A stretch of 64,000 bases of DNA from Candidatus Moraniibacteriota bacterium (GTDB lineage Bacteria; Patescibacteriota; Minisyncoccia; Moranbacterales; UBA1568). The notes below the pieces were generated by a model. It was not told the DNA's origin, made no database searches, and worked only from the letters and a program-made list of their open reading frames with translations. Of this stretch, positions 1 to 8,475 are shown piece by piece (position 1 is the first letter of the stretch; each line of letters begins with the position of its first letter). The DNA is taken from the NCBI GenBank assembly GCA_963743885.1, contig CAVURJ010000002.1:177706-241705 (forward strand), written 5' to 3'. A program made the translations under genes and the position numbers.

Positions 1-456
1 GATGCCGTTGCTATTCTCGTCGGATTCGGAATCGTAGAAGAGAAAATCATCCTCGTCCGGATGTTGATCAAGCATGTCGGGCATGCCGTCGTCATCGGAA
101 TCGGTGAAGTACTTCCGCTGGTCGACGATCGGATCCGGATCAATGGCATCGACGAGGCCGTCGCTATCGAGATCCTTCTGGTAGGCCTCGTCAGTCACGA
201 CATAGGTCCGGGTGACTGGCTTGTATTCGATAACTTCCTGGATGACCTTCTTCATGACGGTCTTGGTCGTCTCTTTTGCTGCGGGGGCTTCTTCTTCGTC
301 TTCATCGCGTCTGTCCTCGTTATCGTCTTCATCTTCGTGTTCGTCCTCATCTTCATCATCCTCTGCCCAGGCTGTTGGTACGGTTGGTGAGGTCATAGGG
401 AAGACGGATGCTGTCCCGTAGGCAACGATGATAGCGAGAGCGAGGAAAAGGCGCAT
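1..456 (-). CDS. secreted acidic protein with thrombospondin-type-3-like Asp-rich calcium-binding repeats (5-prime partial in window; N-terminus at 456)
   Basis: Manual translation of the minus strand from ATG at 456-454 gives a signal peptide MRLFLALAIIVAYGTASVFPMTSPTVPTAWA. This is followed by poly-Asp/Glu, then DLDSDGLVDAIDPDP and DSDDDGMPDMLDQHPDEDD repeats (DxDxDGxxD pattern). No stop in window. The listed + ORFs 61..390 and 212..421 are low-complexity antisense. Confidence 0.55.
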   Translation of the reverse strand, partial: MRLFLALAIIVAYGTASVFPMTSPTVPTAWAEDDEDEDEHEDEDDNEDRRDEDEEEAPAAKETTKTVMKKVIQEVIEYKPVTRTYVVTDEAYQKDLDSDGLVDAIDPDPIVDQRKYFTDSDDDGMPDMLDQHPDEDDFLFYDSESDENSNGI

Positions 457-485
457 TGTGAGTGTGCGGATCATAGGGGTGTGCC

Positions 486-902
486 TTAGGAAGCTTTCGT
501 GCTTGTCGAAGTCTTCGGTTTGCTGCTCGATGACGAGGATGATGATTTTGAAGTCGACGGCACTTCCACGACCTTCTTGGTGACGGTCGGTTCGAGTGTT
601 GTCTTGGTCACGGTCTTCTGGTTTGCCTTTACAAGTCCAGGCTGGTCTTTGAGGAGCTGTTCGTACTGCGCTTTCGAATCAGCCATTGATTGCCGCAAGT
701 TATTCTTGCGTTCGGCGAGATCGAGATAGTACTGGTAGCGGGCAGCCTCAGTTTCCCGCTTCATAGCGGCGTAGGCTTCCTGTTCGGATGTGAATTTCTG
801 AGCTCGTTTGGCGTTCTCAACCGTGACGATAGCGACGAAGGGACCGAAGAAGGCTCCGGCGGTGATAAGAGCGAGTGTGAGTTTGGTCTTGATACCTGGC
901 AT
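486..902 (-). CDS. membrane-anchored coiled-coil protein with Ser/Thr-rich C-terminal tail
   Basis: ORF 486..1055 trimmed to the internal Met MPGIKTKLTLALITAGAFFGPFVAIV (start 902). It has one TM helix, a coiled-coil segment and an SSSSSSSKPKTSTSTKAS tail. A minus-strand extended -10 tatggtataat lies just upstream (936-944 on + coordinates). Confidence 0.5.
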   Translation of the reverse strand: MPGIKTKLTLALITAGAFFGPFVAIVTVENAKRAQKFTSEQEAYAAMKRETEAARYQYYLDLAERKNNLRQSMADSKAQYEQLLKDQPGLVKANQKTVTKTTLEPTVTKKVVEVPSTSKSSSSSSSSKPKTSTSTKAS

Positions 903-935
903 GATGTCTGTTTTTGAAGAGTTATAACGTCTACT

Positions 936-944
936 ATTATACCA
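936..944 (-). promoter_or_regulatory. extended -10 promoter (tggtataat on the minus strand)
   Basis: The reverse complement of attatacca; about 35 nt upstream of the minus gene start at 902. Confidence 0.5.
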
Positions 945-951
945 TAATTCG

Positions 952-980
952 CGGTTTTCCGTTCGACGGGCGGAAAACGG
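952..980. promoter_or_regulatory. 10-bp-arm inverted repeat (cggttttccg-N9-cggaaaacgg) in the divergent promoter region
   Basis: Lies between the minus-strand -10 (936-944) and the + gene start at 1003: candidate operator. Confidence 0.4.
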
Positions 981-1002
981 ATTTTTCTGGTAGAGTGGAG
1001 CC

Positions 1003-1806
1003 ATGAATCGCCCGCACGCAGTATCTATGACGCTTTTGCTTGTCCTATCTTTCATAGGAGTGGCTTGGTTTGCTTTGCGGACAGTCGTTCCGCACTCGGA
1101 GAATCCTGCTTCGGAGGAGGTAGCATCCGTTCCTGAGGAGATTCCTCCTTTGGCTCATCCTGATCCGGTGCCCGAGCCAGTAGCTGTACCGGTCGAGGAG
1201 AAGGAGAAGAAAGAGGTTATTCCGGTATCGATCCCCGCTCTTTCGGTCCCGTTCACATCGCAGGCGCCGTCGGCGAAGTGGGGCGATGATACGTTCCAGA
1301 ATGGCTGTGAGGAGGCGTCACTCGCCATGGCGGCATATTGGATCTCTGGCAAGCCGCTTACGAAAGAGATTGCGGAGCGCGAGATCGTCGCGCTTTCAGC
1401 GTTCGAGAGGAAGGATATCGGCCATGCCGTTGATACGTCGGCTGCCGATACCGCGAAGCTGTTCCGCGGATATTACGGTACGGGGACGGCGGAGGTCCGG
1501 TATGATATCTCGGCTGCTGATATCCGTGCGGCGCTTGCGGAGGGAGCGGCGGTCATCGTGCCGACGAACGGCCGCAAGCTCGGCAATCCGAACTTCAAGC
1601 AGCCAGGGCCGCTCACGCATATGCTCGTCGTCATTGGCTACGATGCAGCGACAAAGGAATTTATCACCAATGATCCTGGGACGAGACTGGGCAAAGGGTA
1701 TCGCTATGGCGAAAAAGTCTTGCTCGGGGCGATTCGTGACTATCCGACCGGTCGGCATCTGCCGATCGCGGAGGAACGGACAGCGATGATCGTTGTTCGT
1801 AAGTAA
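1003..1806 (+). CDS. C39-like (papain-fold) cysteine peptidase domain protein, N-terminal membrane anchor
   Basis: The motif QNGCEEASLAMAAYW resembles the Peptidase_C39_2 catalytic Cys region. A downstream His lies in THMLVVIGYD. An N-terminal TM helix and a Pro/Glu-rich linker are present. Confidence 0.6.
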   Translation: MNRPHAVSMTLLLVLSFIGVAWFALRTVVPHSENPASEEVASVPEEIPPLAHPDPVPEPVAVPVEEKEKKEVIPVSIPALSVPFTSQAPSAKWGDDTFQNGCEEASLAMAAYWISGKPLTKEIAEREIVALSAFERKDIGHAVDTSAADTAKLFRGYYGTGTAEVRYDISAADIRAALAEGAAVIVPTNGRKLGNPNFKQPGPLTHMLVVIGYDAATKEFITNDPGTRLGKGYRYGEKVLLGAIRDYPTGRHLPIAEERTAMIVVRK

Positions 1807-1994
1807 CTGTCTCAATTCTCATGTCGAGCTGTAAATCCGAAAATTTCGAGCGAAAATCCTGAAAAGCGCGAAGGGCTACTATCGTAACCCGACAAGCTTT
1901 GAAGGGTTTGCAGCCGAAATTTTCGGATTTCAGCCGGCAAGCGATATTTTTTCTTTGTTATTCATGCGGTGAGAATTGAGACAGTTACTTGGCC
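1802..1994. repeat. F1 TIR foldback element (MITE-like), copy 1
   Basis: Terminal inverted repeats agtaactgtctcaattctca ... tgagaattgagacagttact. About 80% identical to the copy at 3059. The left end overlaps the stop codon of 1003..1806. The right end runs into gggtatact (-10). Confidence 0.75.
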
Positions 1995-2051
1995 GTAGCC
2001 GGCTCTCGGAAAACGGGGTATACTGGAGACATAATTTTGAATATTCCGCAT

Positions 2052-2426
2052 ATGGGATTGTTTTCTGCTTTTGGCGGGTCTCGGCCATCCCGGCCGTCGA
2101 CTGGCGCATCGTCTTTCGGTCATTCATCGCATCCGTCTCCTTCGGCGAAGCCTGTGGGATCGTCGCTTCATGGTAGGGTATCGGGCCTGGAAATTAAGAA
2201 TCTCCATCGCGGGCTTATCAATAGTCTGGGGCGGACCAAAGGCGAGCGTGCTTTTGCGCAGCTCGCGCCGAACATGGACCGAGAGCGCGGTATAGGGTCG
2301 TCTGGCATCAGCGCGAACGAGGCGCGGGATGCGGTTCGGAACATGGAACGGAATCCGTATGATGGTCTCGACAAGCACGATGCGGCGAAGGTGCAGGAGG
2401 CGCTGAATAAGCGTCTCGACTCGTAG
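2052..2426 (+). CDS. hypothetical protein
   Basis: ORF 1989..2426 begins with TTG inside a repeat element. The first ATG is at 2052 (MGLFSAF...), downstream of a gggtatact -10 at 2013-2024. Codon usage looks coding; no recognisable domain. Confidence 0.4.
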   Translation: MGLFSAFGGSRPSRPSTGASSFGHSSHPSPSAKPVGSSLHGRVSGLEIKNLHRGLINSLGRTKGERAFAQLAPNMDRERGIGSSGISANEARDAVRNMERNPYDGLDKHDAAKVQEALNKRLDS

Positions 2427-2435
2427 TCGGCTTTT

Positions 2436-2990
2436 GTGGCAGGAAAAGAGATTATTCTTCCGGGCGGAGTCGTGTGTCATGCACGCAAGCATCGTCGTGC
2501 GCGACAGCTCAGAATCATCGTACGAAGAGACGGGAGCGTCCGGTTGACGCTGCCGTTTTTCATTCCCTATCGGATAGGTGAGGTGTTCTTGAGGAGTAAG
2601 GAAGCCTGGATCAGGGAACGTCTGGCGGCCTTGCCGGCTGAGCCGGAAGATCTACTGCTTCGGGGAGACGAAGAGGAATACCGTACACGCTCCGAGGAAG
2701 CACGGATGCTTGTCGAGAAGCGTCTTGCGCACTTCCAGCCGCTCTATGGCGTCGCCTGGCAGCGGATCAGTATCCGCAATCAGAAGACGCGCTGGGGGAG
2801 CTGTTCGCGGAGAGGCAATCTTTCCTTCAATTACCGTCTTGTCCATCTGCCGGAGCGGCTCTGCGATTATGTCATCGTGCATGAGCTCTGCCATCTCATC
2901 GCGTTTGATCATTCGCCGAGGTTCTGGGCTCTCGTTGAACGGACGTTTCCGGACTATCGGGAGATTCGTTCCCGGCTGCGCGTTTTGTGA
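2436..2990 (+). CDS. DUF45/YgjP-like (M48/WLM-family) metal-dependent hydrolase
   Basis: GTG start. A HEXXH zincin motif lies in VIVHELCHLIAFDHSPRFW. The size and layout are typical of the YgjP family. Confidence 0.78.
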   Translation: MAGKEIILPGGVVCHARKHRRARQLRIIVRRDGSVRLTLPFFIPYRIGEVFLRSKEAWIRERLAALPAEPEDLLLRGDEEEYRTRSEEARMLVEKRLAHFQPLYGVAWQRISIRNQKTRWGSCSRRGNLSFNYRLVHLPERLCDYVIVHELCHLIAFDHSPRFWALVERTFPDYREIRSRLRVL

Positions 2991-3058
2991 CAGCCGGACC
3001 TGATATTTGACATATTTTTATTTTTCTGCCATAATTATATCCTTACTCTGAAACCGAT

Positions 3059-3251
3059 AAGTAACTATCTCAAATCTCATGTTTTGAGAAAACATTCAAA
3101 TTTCGTGATAGAAAGCGTGAAAAGCGAGAAGGGCTATTAGTAATAACCCGACGAGCTTTGAAGGGTTTCTAGCCGAAATTTTGATGTTTTATCAGACAAG
3201 CCCCGGTTTTTGTCTTAACGCGGGCGGTGAGATTTGAGCTAGTTACTAAGG
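3059..3251. repeat. F1 TIR foldback element, copy 2
   Basis: TIRs agtaactatctcaaatctca ... tgagatttgagctagttact. Conserved core gaaaagcgagaagggctattagtaataacccgacgagctttgaagggtttctagccgaaatttt. Confidence 0.75.
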
Positions 3252-3338
3252 TTTCGTTATCCTTTCTTTGAGCCGGGAGCCATGCTCCGCGATCTCTCCG
3301 AGGGGAGAGAGAAGGCTTAAATCAGTAACATTTGAAAA

Positions 3339-4544
3339 ATGTTCAGTAGAAACCCGAGAGGCGGAAAACCCTCTCACCCGAAGCGCAGCGGTGGCGGACG
3401 ATTTACCAAGCCGTCTTCGCGCAAGCAGAAACGCCAGGCGAAGGAGATGGACTTCTCACAGTTCGTGAAGAAAGCTATCGTGACGACTGAGACGGAGACG
3501 TATCATCCGGAACACCGCTTCGCGGATTTCGAGATGCATAGCAAGCTCAAGAAGAACGTCGCAGACAAGGGTTATGTCCATCCGACACCGATTCAGGACG
3601 GCGCCATCCCGCGCATCCTCGAAGGACGCGATGTGATCGGCATCGCCAATACCGGGACCGGCAAGACAGCCGCGTTCCTTCTGCCGCTCATCCATAAGAC
3701 CTTCAAGCACAAGACGGAGAAGGTTCTTATCATCGTGCCGACGCGCGAGCTGGCGCTTCAGATCGAAGAGGAGCTCCGCAATTTCTCCGCTGGTTCGGGG
3801 CTGCGCAGCGCACTCTGTATCGGTGGTGCCCACATGAATGACCAGATCAGGAGCATCGCTCGCGATCCGAGCTTCGTCATCGGTACGCCGGGACGGCTCA
3901 AGGACCTGATCGAGCGCAAGAAGCTCCATCTCACTGAGTTCAACAACATCGTGCTCGACGAAGTGGACCGCATGCTCGATATGGGGTTCATCCGTGACAT
4001 CAAATTCTTGGTAGCGCTCATGAAGGAGCCGCGCCAGTCACTTTTCTTCTCGGCGACCATGCCGCGTGAGATCGTAGAGTTGGCTAAGGGTTTCCTGCAT
4101 GATCCGATCACGATTGCCGTCAAGGCGCGCGCGACCTCCGAGAACGTCAACCAGGATGTCGTCCGTGTCGGACCAAAGGACGAGAAGATCGAAGTGCTTC
4201 ACGAGATCCTGCTCCGTCCTGAGTGTAAGAAAGTCCTCATCTTCGGACGCACCAAGCACGGTGTCGAGAAGCTGGCGAAGAGGCTTGTCGAGCGCGGGTT
4301 CTCCGCCGATTCTATCCATGGTGACAAGTCGCAGTCGCAGCGCCAGCGGGCGCTCCGTCGCTTCAGCCAGGATGAGATCGCTATCCTCGTCGCGACCGAT
4401 GTGGCCGCGCGCGGACTCGACATCCCGGATGTCACGCACGTCATCAACTACGAGCTGCCGGAGAACTACGAGGATTATATCCATCGTATCGGCCGTACGG
4501 GCCGCGGCAACAAGGCCGGCCACGCTCTGACCTTCGTCGACTAA
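3339..4544 (+). CDS. DEAD-box ATP-dependent RNA helicase with Arg/Gly/Lys-rich N-terminal tail
   Basis: Motif I GIANTGTGKTAAFLLP, motif II LDEVDRMLDMGF, SAT, the HGDKSQSQRQRAL box and HRIGRTGR are all present. The alternative start at 3447 has aaggag directly abutting the ATG (zero spacing), so 3339 is kept. Confidence 0.88.
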   Translation: MFSRNPRGGKPSHPKRSGGGRFTKPSSRKQKRQAKEMDFSQFVKKAIVTTETETYHPEHRFADFEMHSKLKKNVADKGYVHPTPIQDGAIPRILEGRDVIGIANTGTGKTAAFLLPLIHKTFKHKTEKVLIIVPTRELALQIEEELRNFSAGSGLRSALCIGGAHMNDQIRSIARDPSFVIGTPGRLKDLIERKKLHLTEFNNIVLDEVDRMLDMGFIRDIKFLVALMKEPRQSLFFSATMPREIVELAKGFLHDPITIAVKARATSENVNQDVVRVGPKDEKIEVLHEILLRPECKKVLIFGRTKHGVEKLAKRLVERGFSADSIHGDKSQSQRQRALRRFSQDEIAILVATDVAARGLDIPDVTHVINYELPENYEDYIHRIGRTGRGNKAGHALTFVD

Positions 4545-4627
4545 CTACTCAGAGTGCTATACTGGAGGCGCTGCCGGACCCCCTAACAAAGGGGACGAGG
4601 CGGCGCCTTTCTGTTTTCTGGAATTGT

Positions 4628-5308
4628 ATGCATTTTTTCAAGGCGTTGGAACATCTCATCCGCGAATATGCCCACGAGGTCCCGCTCGAGTGGTTTGTGC
4701 TGCTCGGCTCGTTCGCGGAGGAGGTCATAAGTCCGATCCCGTCCGCGCTCATCATGGGGACGGCTGGGTCGATCGCGCTCATGCAGGGGGCTGTTCCTGG
4801 TTATCTCGTTTTTCTTGTGCTCCTTGGTAATATCGGCAAGACGTTTGGATCGTGGATATACTATTTCCTTGGCGACCGACTGGAAGATCTGCTCATCGGC
4901 AGGATCACGAAATTCTTTGGCGTGAAGCATGAGGAGATCGAGAATATCGGCAAGCGTTTCACCGGGCATCACTGGAAGGACGGTGGCATCCTCTTCATCT
5001 TGCGCGCGATGCCGTTCGTGCCGACGACGCCGGTCTCTATCGCTGCCGGTATCATCAAGATGGACAAGCGGATATTTCTTTTGGCGACGTATGCGGGCAA
5101 TGTCATGAAGGACCTCGTCTATATCTATGCGGGCTATGCCGGTCTGGCGAAGCTTCAGACACTCTGGCGGGAGATTATTCCGGTCAAGGCCGGCATCGAT
5201 ATCCTCGTCGCGATCGGCATCATCGCATTCCTGGTGTTCCTCTATATTCATCGCGGTCGCGGAAAAGAGCTCCTGGCTCGCTGTGCGAATCATCTGACGA
5301 AGAAATGA
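4628..5308 (+). CDS. DedA/SNARE-associated (VTT domain) membrane protein
   Basis: Multi-TM protein with DedA-like GxxxGxxxG-type motifs (GNIGKTFGSWIYYFLG). It overlaps uvrB by 4 bp (ATGA). Confidence 0.72.
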   Translation: MHFFKALEHLIREYAHEVPLEWFVLLGSFAEEVISPIPSALIMGTAGSIALMQGAVPGYLVFLVLLGNIGKTFGSWIYYFLGDRLEDLLIGRITKFFGVKHEEIENIGKRFTGHHWKDGGILFILRAMPFVPTTPVSIAAGIIKMDKRIFLLATYAGNVMKDLVYIYAGYAGLAKLQTLWREIIPVKAGIDILVAIGIIAFLVFLYIHRGRGKELLARCANHLTKK

Positions 5309-7365
5309 GTATGCCAACATTTGATCTCAAAAGCGAATATCAGCCTTCAGGTGATCAGCCGCAAGCGATCGCTGCTTTGGTGCGCGGACTGGAAGCGGGG
5401 ATGCCCAAGCAGACACTTCTCGGCGTGACCGGGTCCGGCAAGACGTTTACGATGGCCAATGTCATCGCGCAGTCTGGCAAGCCAGCGCTCGTCATTGCGC
5501 ACAACAAGACGCTCGCGGCACAGCTAGCTCAGGAATACCAGGTATTCTTTCCGGACCACGCTGTGCATTATTTCGTCTCCTACTATGATTACTACCAGCC
5601 GGAAGCGTACATGCCGGTGACGGATACCTATATTGAGAAGGACGCACAGATCAATGAGGAGATCGATCGGTTGCGCCATGCGTCGACCCAGTCGCTTCTC
5701 ACGCGCCGCGATACGATTATCGTGGCATCGGTCTCGTGCATTTACGGTCTCGGCAGTCCTGAAGAATACGAGCGATCGAACCTGCGGCTCGAGGTCGGTA
5801 TGCCGGCATCGCGCACGGAGCTCCTCCACAAACTCGTCTCCATCTTTTTCTCACGCACCAATGCTGATATCGCGCCGGGGCAGTTCCGGAGCCTCGGCAA
5901 TCGCATCGAGATCATGCCGATTTCGGAGAAATACATCTATCTACTCGAGATCGTCGGCGGACGTATCGGTGCCATTACCAAGATCGATCCGGTCTCACAG
6001 AAGATCCTCGAGACGCCCAAAGCGATTTTCCTTTTTCCAGCCAAACACTTCATCACGGACAAGGACCGGCAGGAACAGGCGCTCCAATCTATCGCGCTCG
6101 AGCTCGAGCTTCGGCTTAAGGAGCTTGAAGCGGATGGTAAGTTGCTCGAGGCGGAACGGCTCAAGCGCCGGACGAACTATGATCTCGCCATGATGCGTGA
6201 GATGGGTTATACCAATGGCATCGAGAACTACTCCCGCCATCTCTCAGGCAAAAGCTCCGGTGAGTCGCCAGAGACGCTTCTCTCGTATTTCCCGCGCACA
6301 GCAGATGGCAAGCCAGACTTCATCACGATCATCGATGAGTCGCACGTGACTTTGCCGCAGCTCCGCGGCATGTATGCTGGCGACCAATCTCGCAAGAAGA
6401 CGCTCGTCGAATATGGTTTCCGTCTGCCGAGCGCGCTCGACAACCGTCCGCTTCGCTTCGAAGAATTCGAGGCGCGTGTTGGTCAGGTGATTTTCACGTC
6501 GGCGACGCCTTCGGACTATGAGCGCGAGGCGAGCGGCCAGATCGTTGAACAGGTCATTCGTCCGACGGGACTCTTGGATCCGGAAGTCGAAGTGAAGCCG
6601 ATCCGTGAGAAGGGAGAATATCCTGGTCAGATACAGGACTTTATCGCACAGACGGAGATCGAGGTCGAGAAGGGTGGTCGCGTCATCGCGACGACCCTGA
6701 CCAAGAAGATGGCCGAGGACTTGAGCACGTACTTGAAGGATAAGAAGATCAAAGCCGAGTACCTCCACAGCGATGTGAAGACGATTGATCGTATCAAGAT
6801 CCTGACAGCGTTCCGCAAGGGGGAGTTCGACTGTATTGTCGGCGTCAATTTGCTCCGCGAAGGTCTCGACCTGCCGGAAGTGACCTTCATTGGTATCCTC
6901 GACGCGGACAAGGAAGGTTTCCTTCGATCCGAGACGTCGCTCATCCAGATCATCGGGCGCGCGGCTCGCAATGCGGCCGGTCGCGTCATCCTGTATGCGG
7001 AGTCAATCACTGGGTCGATGCGCTATGCGCTCGACGAGACAGCTCGCCGCCGGACGCTCCAGATCGCCTACAATACGGAGCATGGCATCACGCCGCAGAC
7101 GATCAAGAAGAACATTCATGATATCACTGAGGCGCTCGAAAGCGAGCATGACCGGGCGGTCCGGGCCAACGTCGTATTGGATAGGGAAGTGTTTGCTAAG
7201 GATCCGAAGAAGCTTATCCGTCTCAAGGAGCGGGAGATGCAGGATGCTGTGAAGGTTCTCGACTTCGAGACTGCCGCGATATTGAGGGATGAAATAGCGG
7301 CATTGGAAGCGATATCTTACAAAGGTAAAGGAAAGATGACGAAGCCCCGTAGCAAAGTTTCGTAA
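5305..7365 (+). CDS. uvrB: excinuclease ABC subunit B (UvrB)
   Basis: The N-terminus FDLKSEYQPSGDQPQAI, Walker A GVTGSGKTFT, beta-hairpin region YVSYYDYYQPEAY and C-terminal UVR coiled coil all match UvrB. Confidence 0.97.
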   Translation: MSMPTFDLKSEYQPSGDQPQAIAALVRGLEAGMPKQTLLGVTGSGKTFTMANVIAQSGKPALVIAHNKTLAAQLAQEYQVFFPDHAVHYFVSYYDYYQPEAYMPVTDTYIEKDAQINEEIDRLRHASTQSLLTRRDTIIVASVSCIYGLGSPEEYERSNLRLEVGMPASRTELLHKLVSIFFSRTNADIAPGQFRSLGNRIEIMPISEKYIYLLEIVGGRIGAITKIDPVSQKILETPKAIFLFPAKHFITDKDRQEQALQSIALELELRLKELEADGKLLEAERLKRRTNYDLAMMREMGYTNGIENYSRHLSGKSSGESPETLLSYFPRTADGKPDFITIIDESHVTLPQLRGMYAGDQSRKKTLVEYGFRLPSALDNRPLRFEEFEARVGQVIFTSATPSDYEREASGQIVEQVIRPTGLLDPEVEVKPIREKGEYPGQIQDFIAQTEIEVEKGGRVIATTLTKKMAEDLSTYLKDKKIKAEYLHSDVKTIDRIKILTAFRKGEFDCIVGVNLLREGLDLPEVTFIGILDADKEGFLRSETSLIQIIGRAARNAAGRVILYAESITGSMRYALDETARRRTLQIAYNTEHGITPQTIKKNIHDITEALESEHDRAVRANVVLDREVFAKDPKKLIRLKEREMQDAVKVLDFETAAILRDEIAALEAISYKGKGKMTKPRSKVS

Positions 7366-7456
7366 TCGGAACTTTTGCTACCGGGGGATCCGCGCGCTCG
7401 AAGAGACGTTCGGTGGCAAGAAGTCACACAAACGTCGATAGTTTTGGAAAAGAAAG

Positions 7457-7491
7457 GCCGCACATGATTCGTGTGCGGCTTTACTGCTTTT
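7457..7491 (+). terminator. rho-independent terminator after uvrB
   Basis: gccgcacatgattcgtgtgcggc stem-loop, then tttactgctttt. Confidence 0.6.
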
Positions 7492-7499
7492 GACAAATG

Positions 7500-7985
7500 T
7501 CAGGGTGGCGGCAAGTGCTTATGTTTGTTATCTTTCCGTCCCATAGTATCGTATCCTAGACTTGTCCTGAGTAAGTTGCGTATCTGGATCGGGCTGAGAC
7601 AGTCCACATGCATATACATGCTGCCCGGAAGGCAATCGCCGAAAATCTCATAGATCGAAGACCGTATATATCTCATGGATTGCTGGTTCAACCGGCCTCT
7701 GCTGTTTTGGATGAGAAGCATTTCCCAGAAGATGTCGGCAATTTGTCGGCGGGCCCATCTGGTATTGTGACGGTCTTCCGGTAGGGCTGAGATCAGCCAC
7801 TGGAAGATAGGAGTATTTGACCCATGCATGCCGTCGGTTGGCGGCAGATCGATATGCATGGTGATCGTGCGTGTCTGGATGATTGTTGGAGCATCCAGAT
7901 AAATCGATCCGAGGAAAGTCAGGGAATATTCTTCCGATTGCCGTGGTTTGGGCTCCCGCGGTTTTGGGTTTGGCGGATGTCTCAT
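7500..7985 (-). CDS. hypothetical protein (weak call in a gene-poor, lower-GC 0.77-kb region)
   Basis: A 161-aa minus ORF is the only sizeable ORF between uvrB and 8140. No domain recognised. It could be a decayed pseudogene. Confidence 0.22.
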   Translation of the reverse strand: MRHPPNPKPREPKPRQSEEYSLTFLGSIYLDAPTIIQTRTITMHIDLPPTDGMHGSNTPIFQWLISALPEDRHNTRWARRQIADIFWEMLLIQNSRGRLNQQSMRYIRSSIYEIFGDCLPGSMYMHVDCLSPIQIRNLLRTSLGYDTMGRKDNKHKHLPPP

Positions 7986-8139
7986 TCGGACGCTCCTTTC
8001 GTAGGATTGGGCTTTGTGAAGTTGCTATTACCCGCATTGTGCATCTGAAAGGAAATCATGTCAATGCCGTCTTACCTGCAAGGCACGCGGCTTTCCGTGT
8101 GTGGTATACTGTAATCGTTAACCGTAAACAAAAACATCT

Positions 8140-8475
8140 ATGTCGCAGAAACAGGCCATCATGGTCGGGACAGTAGTCGTCCTGGCGGCCATCGCTTCGG
8201 TGTTCACGTACCGGCAGTATGTTGGAGACCAGTCCGGCATGCCGGCTCCTGCTACGCAGCCTGGCAAGGCTACGACAGCATCGCCGCGCACCATCGTTCC
8301 GGTGGAGCGGACTATTCCGTCGAGTGTCGATGATATCTCCTCGGTCATCATTAGTGAGACGTCGGCCGATACGGCGGCGCTTGATGCCGAAGAGAGCGGA
8401 GAGCTTTCCGAAATCGAGGCCGAGAGCGAGAGCATAAACAGCTTAAATGAATCCTATGATGACAACAGCTTCTAA
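8140..8475 (+). CDS. small membrane-anchored acidic protein
   Basis: N-terminal TM helix (IMVGTVVVLAAIASVF) followed by an acidic Ser/Glu-rich tail. Preceded by tggtatact at 8102-8110. Confidence 0.5.
   Translation: MSQKQAIMVGTVVVLAAIASVFTYRQYVGDQSGMPAPATQPGKATTASPRTIVPVERTIPSSVDDISSVIISETSADTAALDAEESGELSEIEAESESINSLNESYDDNSF

Noticed and set aside
61-421. Plus-strand ORFs 61..390 and 212..421
   Set aside because: Low-complexity translations. The opposite strand encodes a clean signal peptide followed by Asp-rich calcium-binding-type repeats, so the + ORFs are antisense artefacts.
3447-4544. Alternative start of the DEAD-box helicase at MDFSQF (3447)
   Set aside because: The apparent SD aaggag ends at the base immediately before the ATG (zero spacing), so it cannot function as a Shine-Dalgarno sequence. 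The longer ORF from 3339 with an RGG/K-rich tail is kept, with moderate uncertainty.
4583-5320. Long minus ORF antisense to the DedA gene, and similar long antisense ORFs at 16016..16807, 20130..21131, 20669..21595, 27038..28000, 33301..34629, 39167..39919 and 42185..43306
   Set aside because: Each lies opposite a gene with strong domain evidence (DedA, oxidoreductase, PIF1 helicase, histidine phosphatase, CrtI-like, DUF1761/membrane, PhoH2). The translations are Arg/Ala-rich with no motifs, which is typical of high-GC antisense frames.
7560-7800. TPP-riboswitch-like ctgaga motifs (gggctgagacag, gggctgagatcag)
   Set aside because: The surrounding sequence lacks the conserved pyrimidine-sensing helix and the ACCTGATCTGGATAATGCCAGCG-type element. 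It is coincidental.
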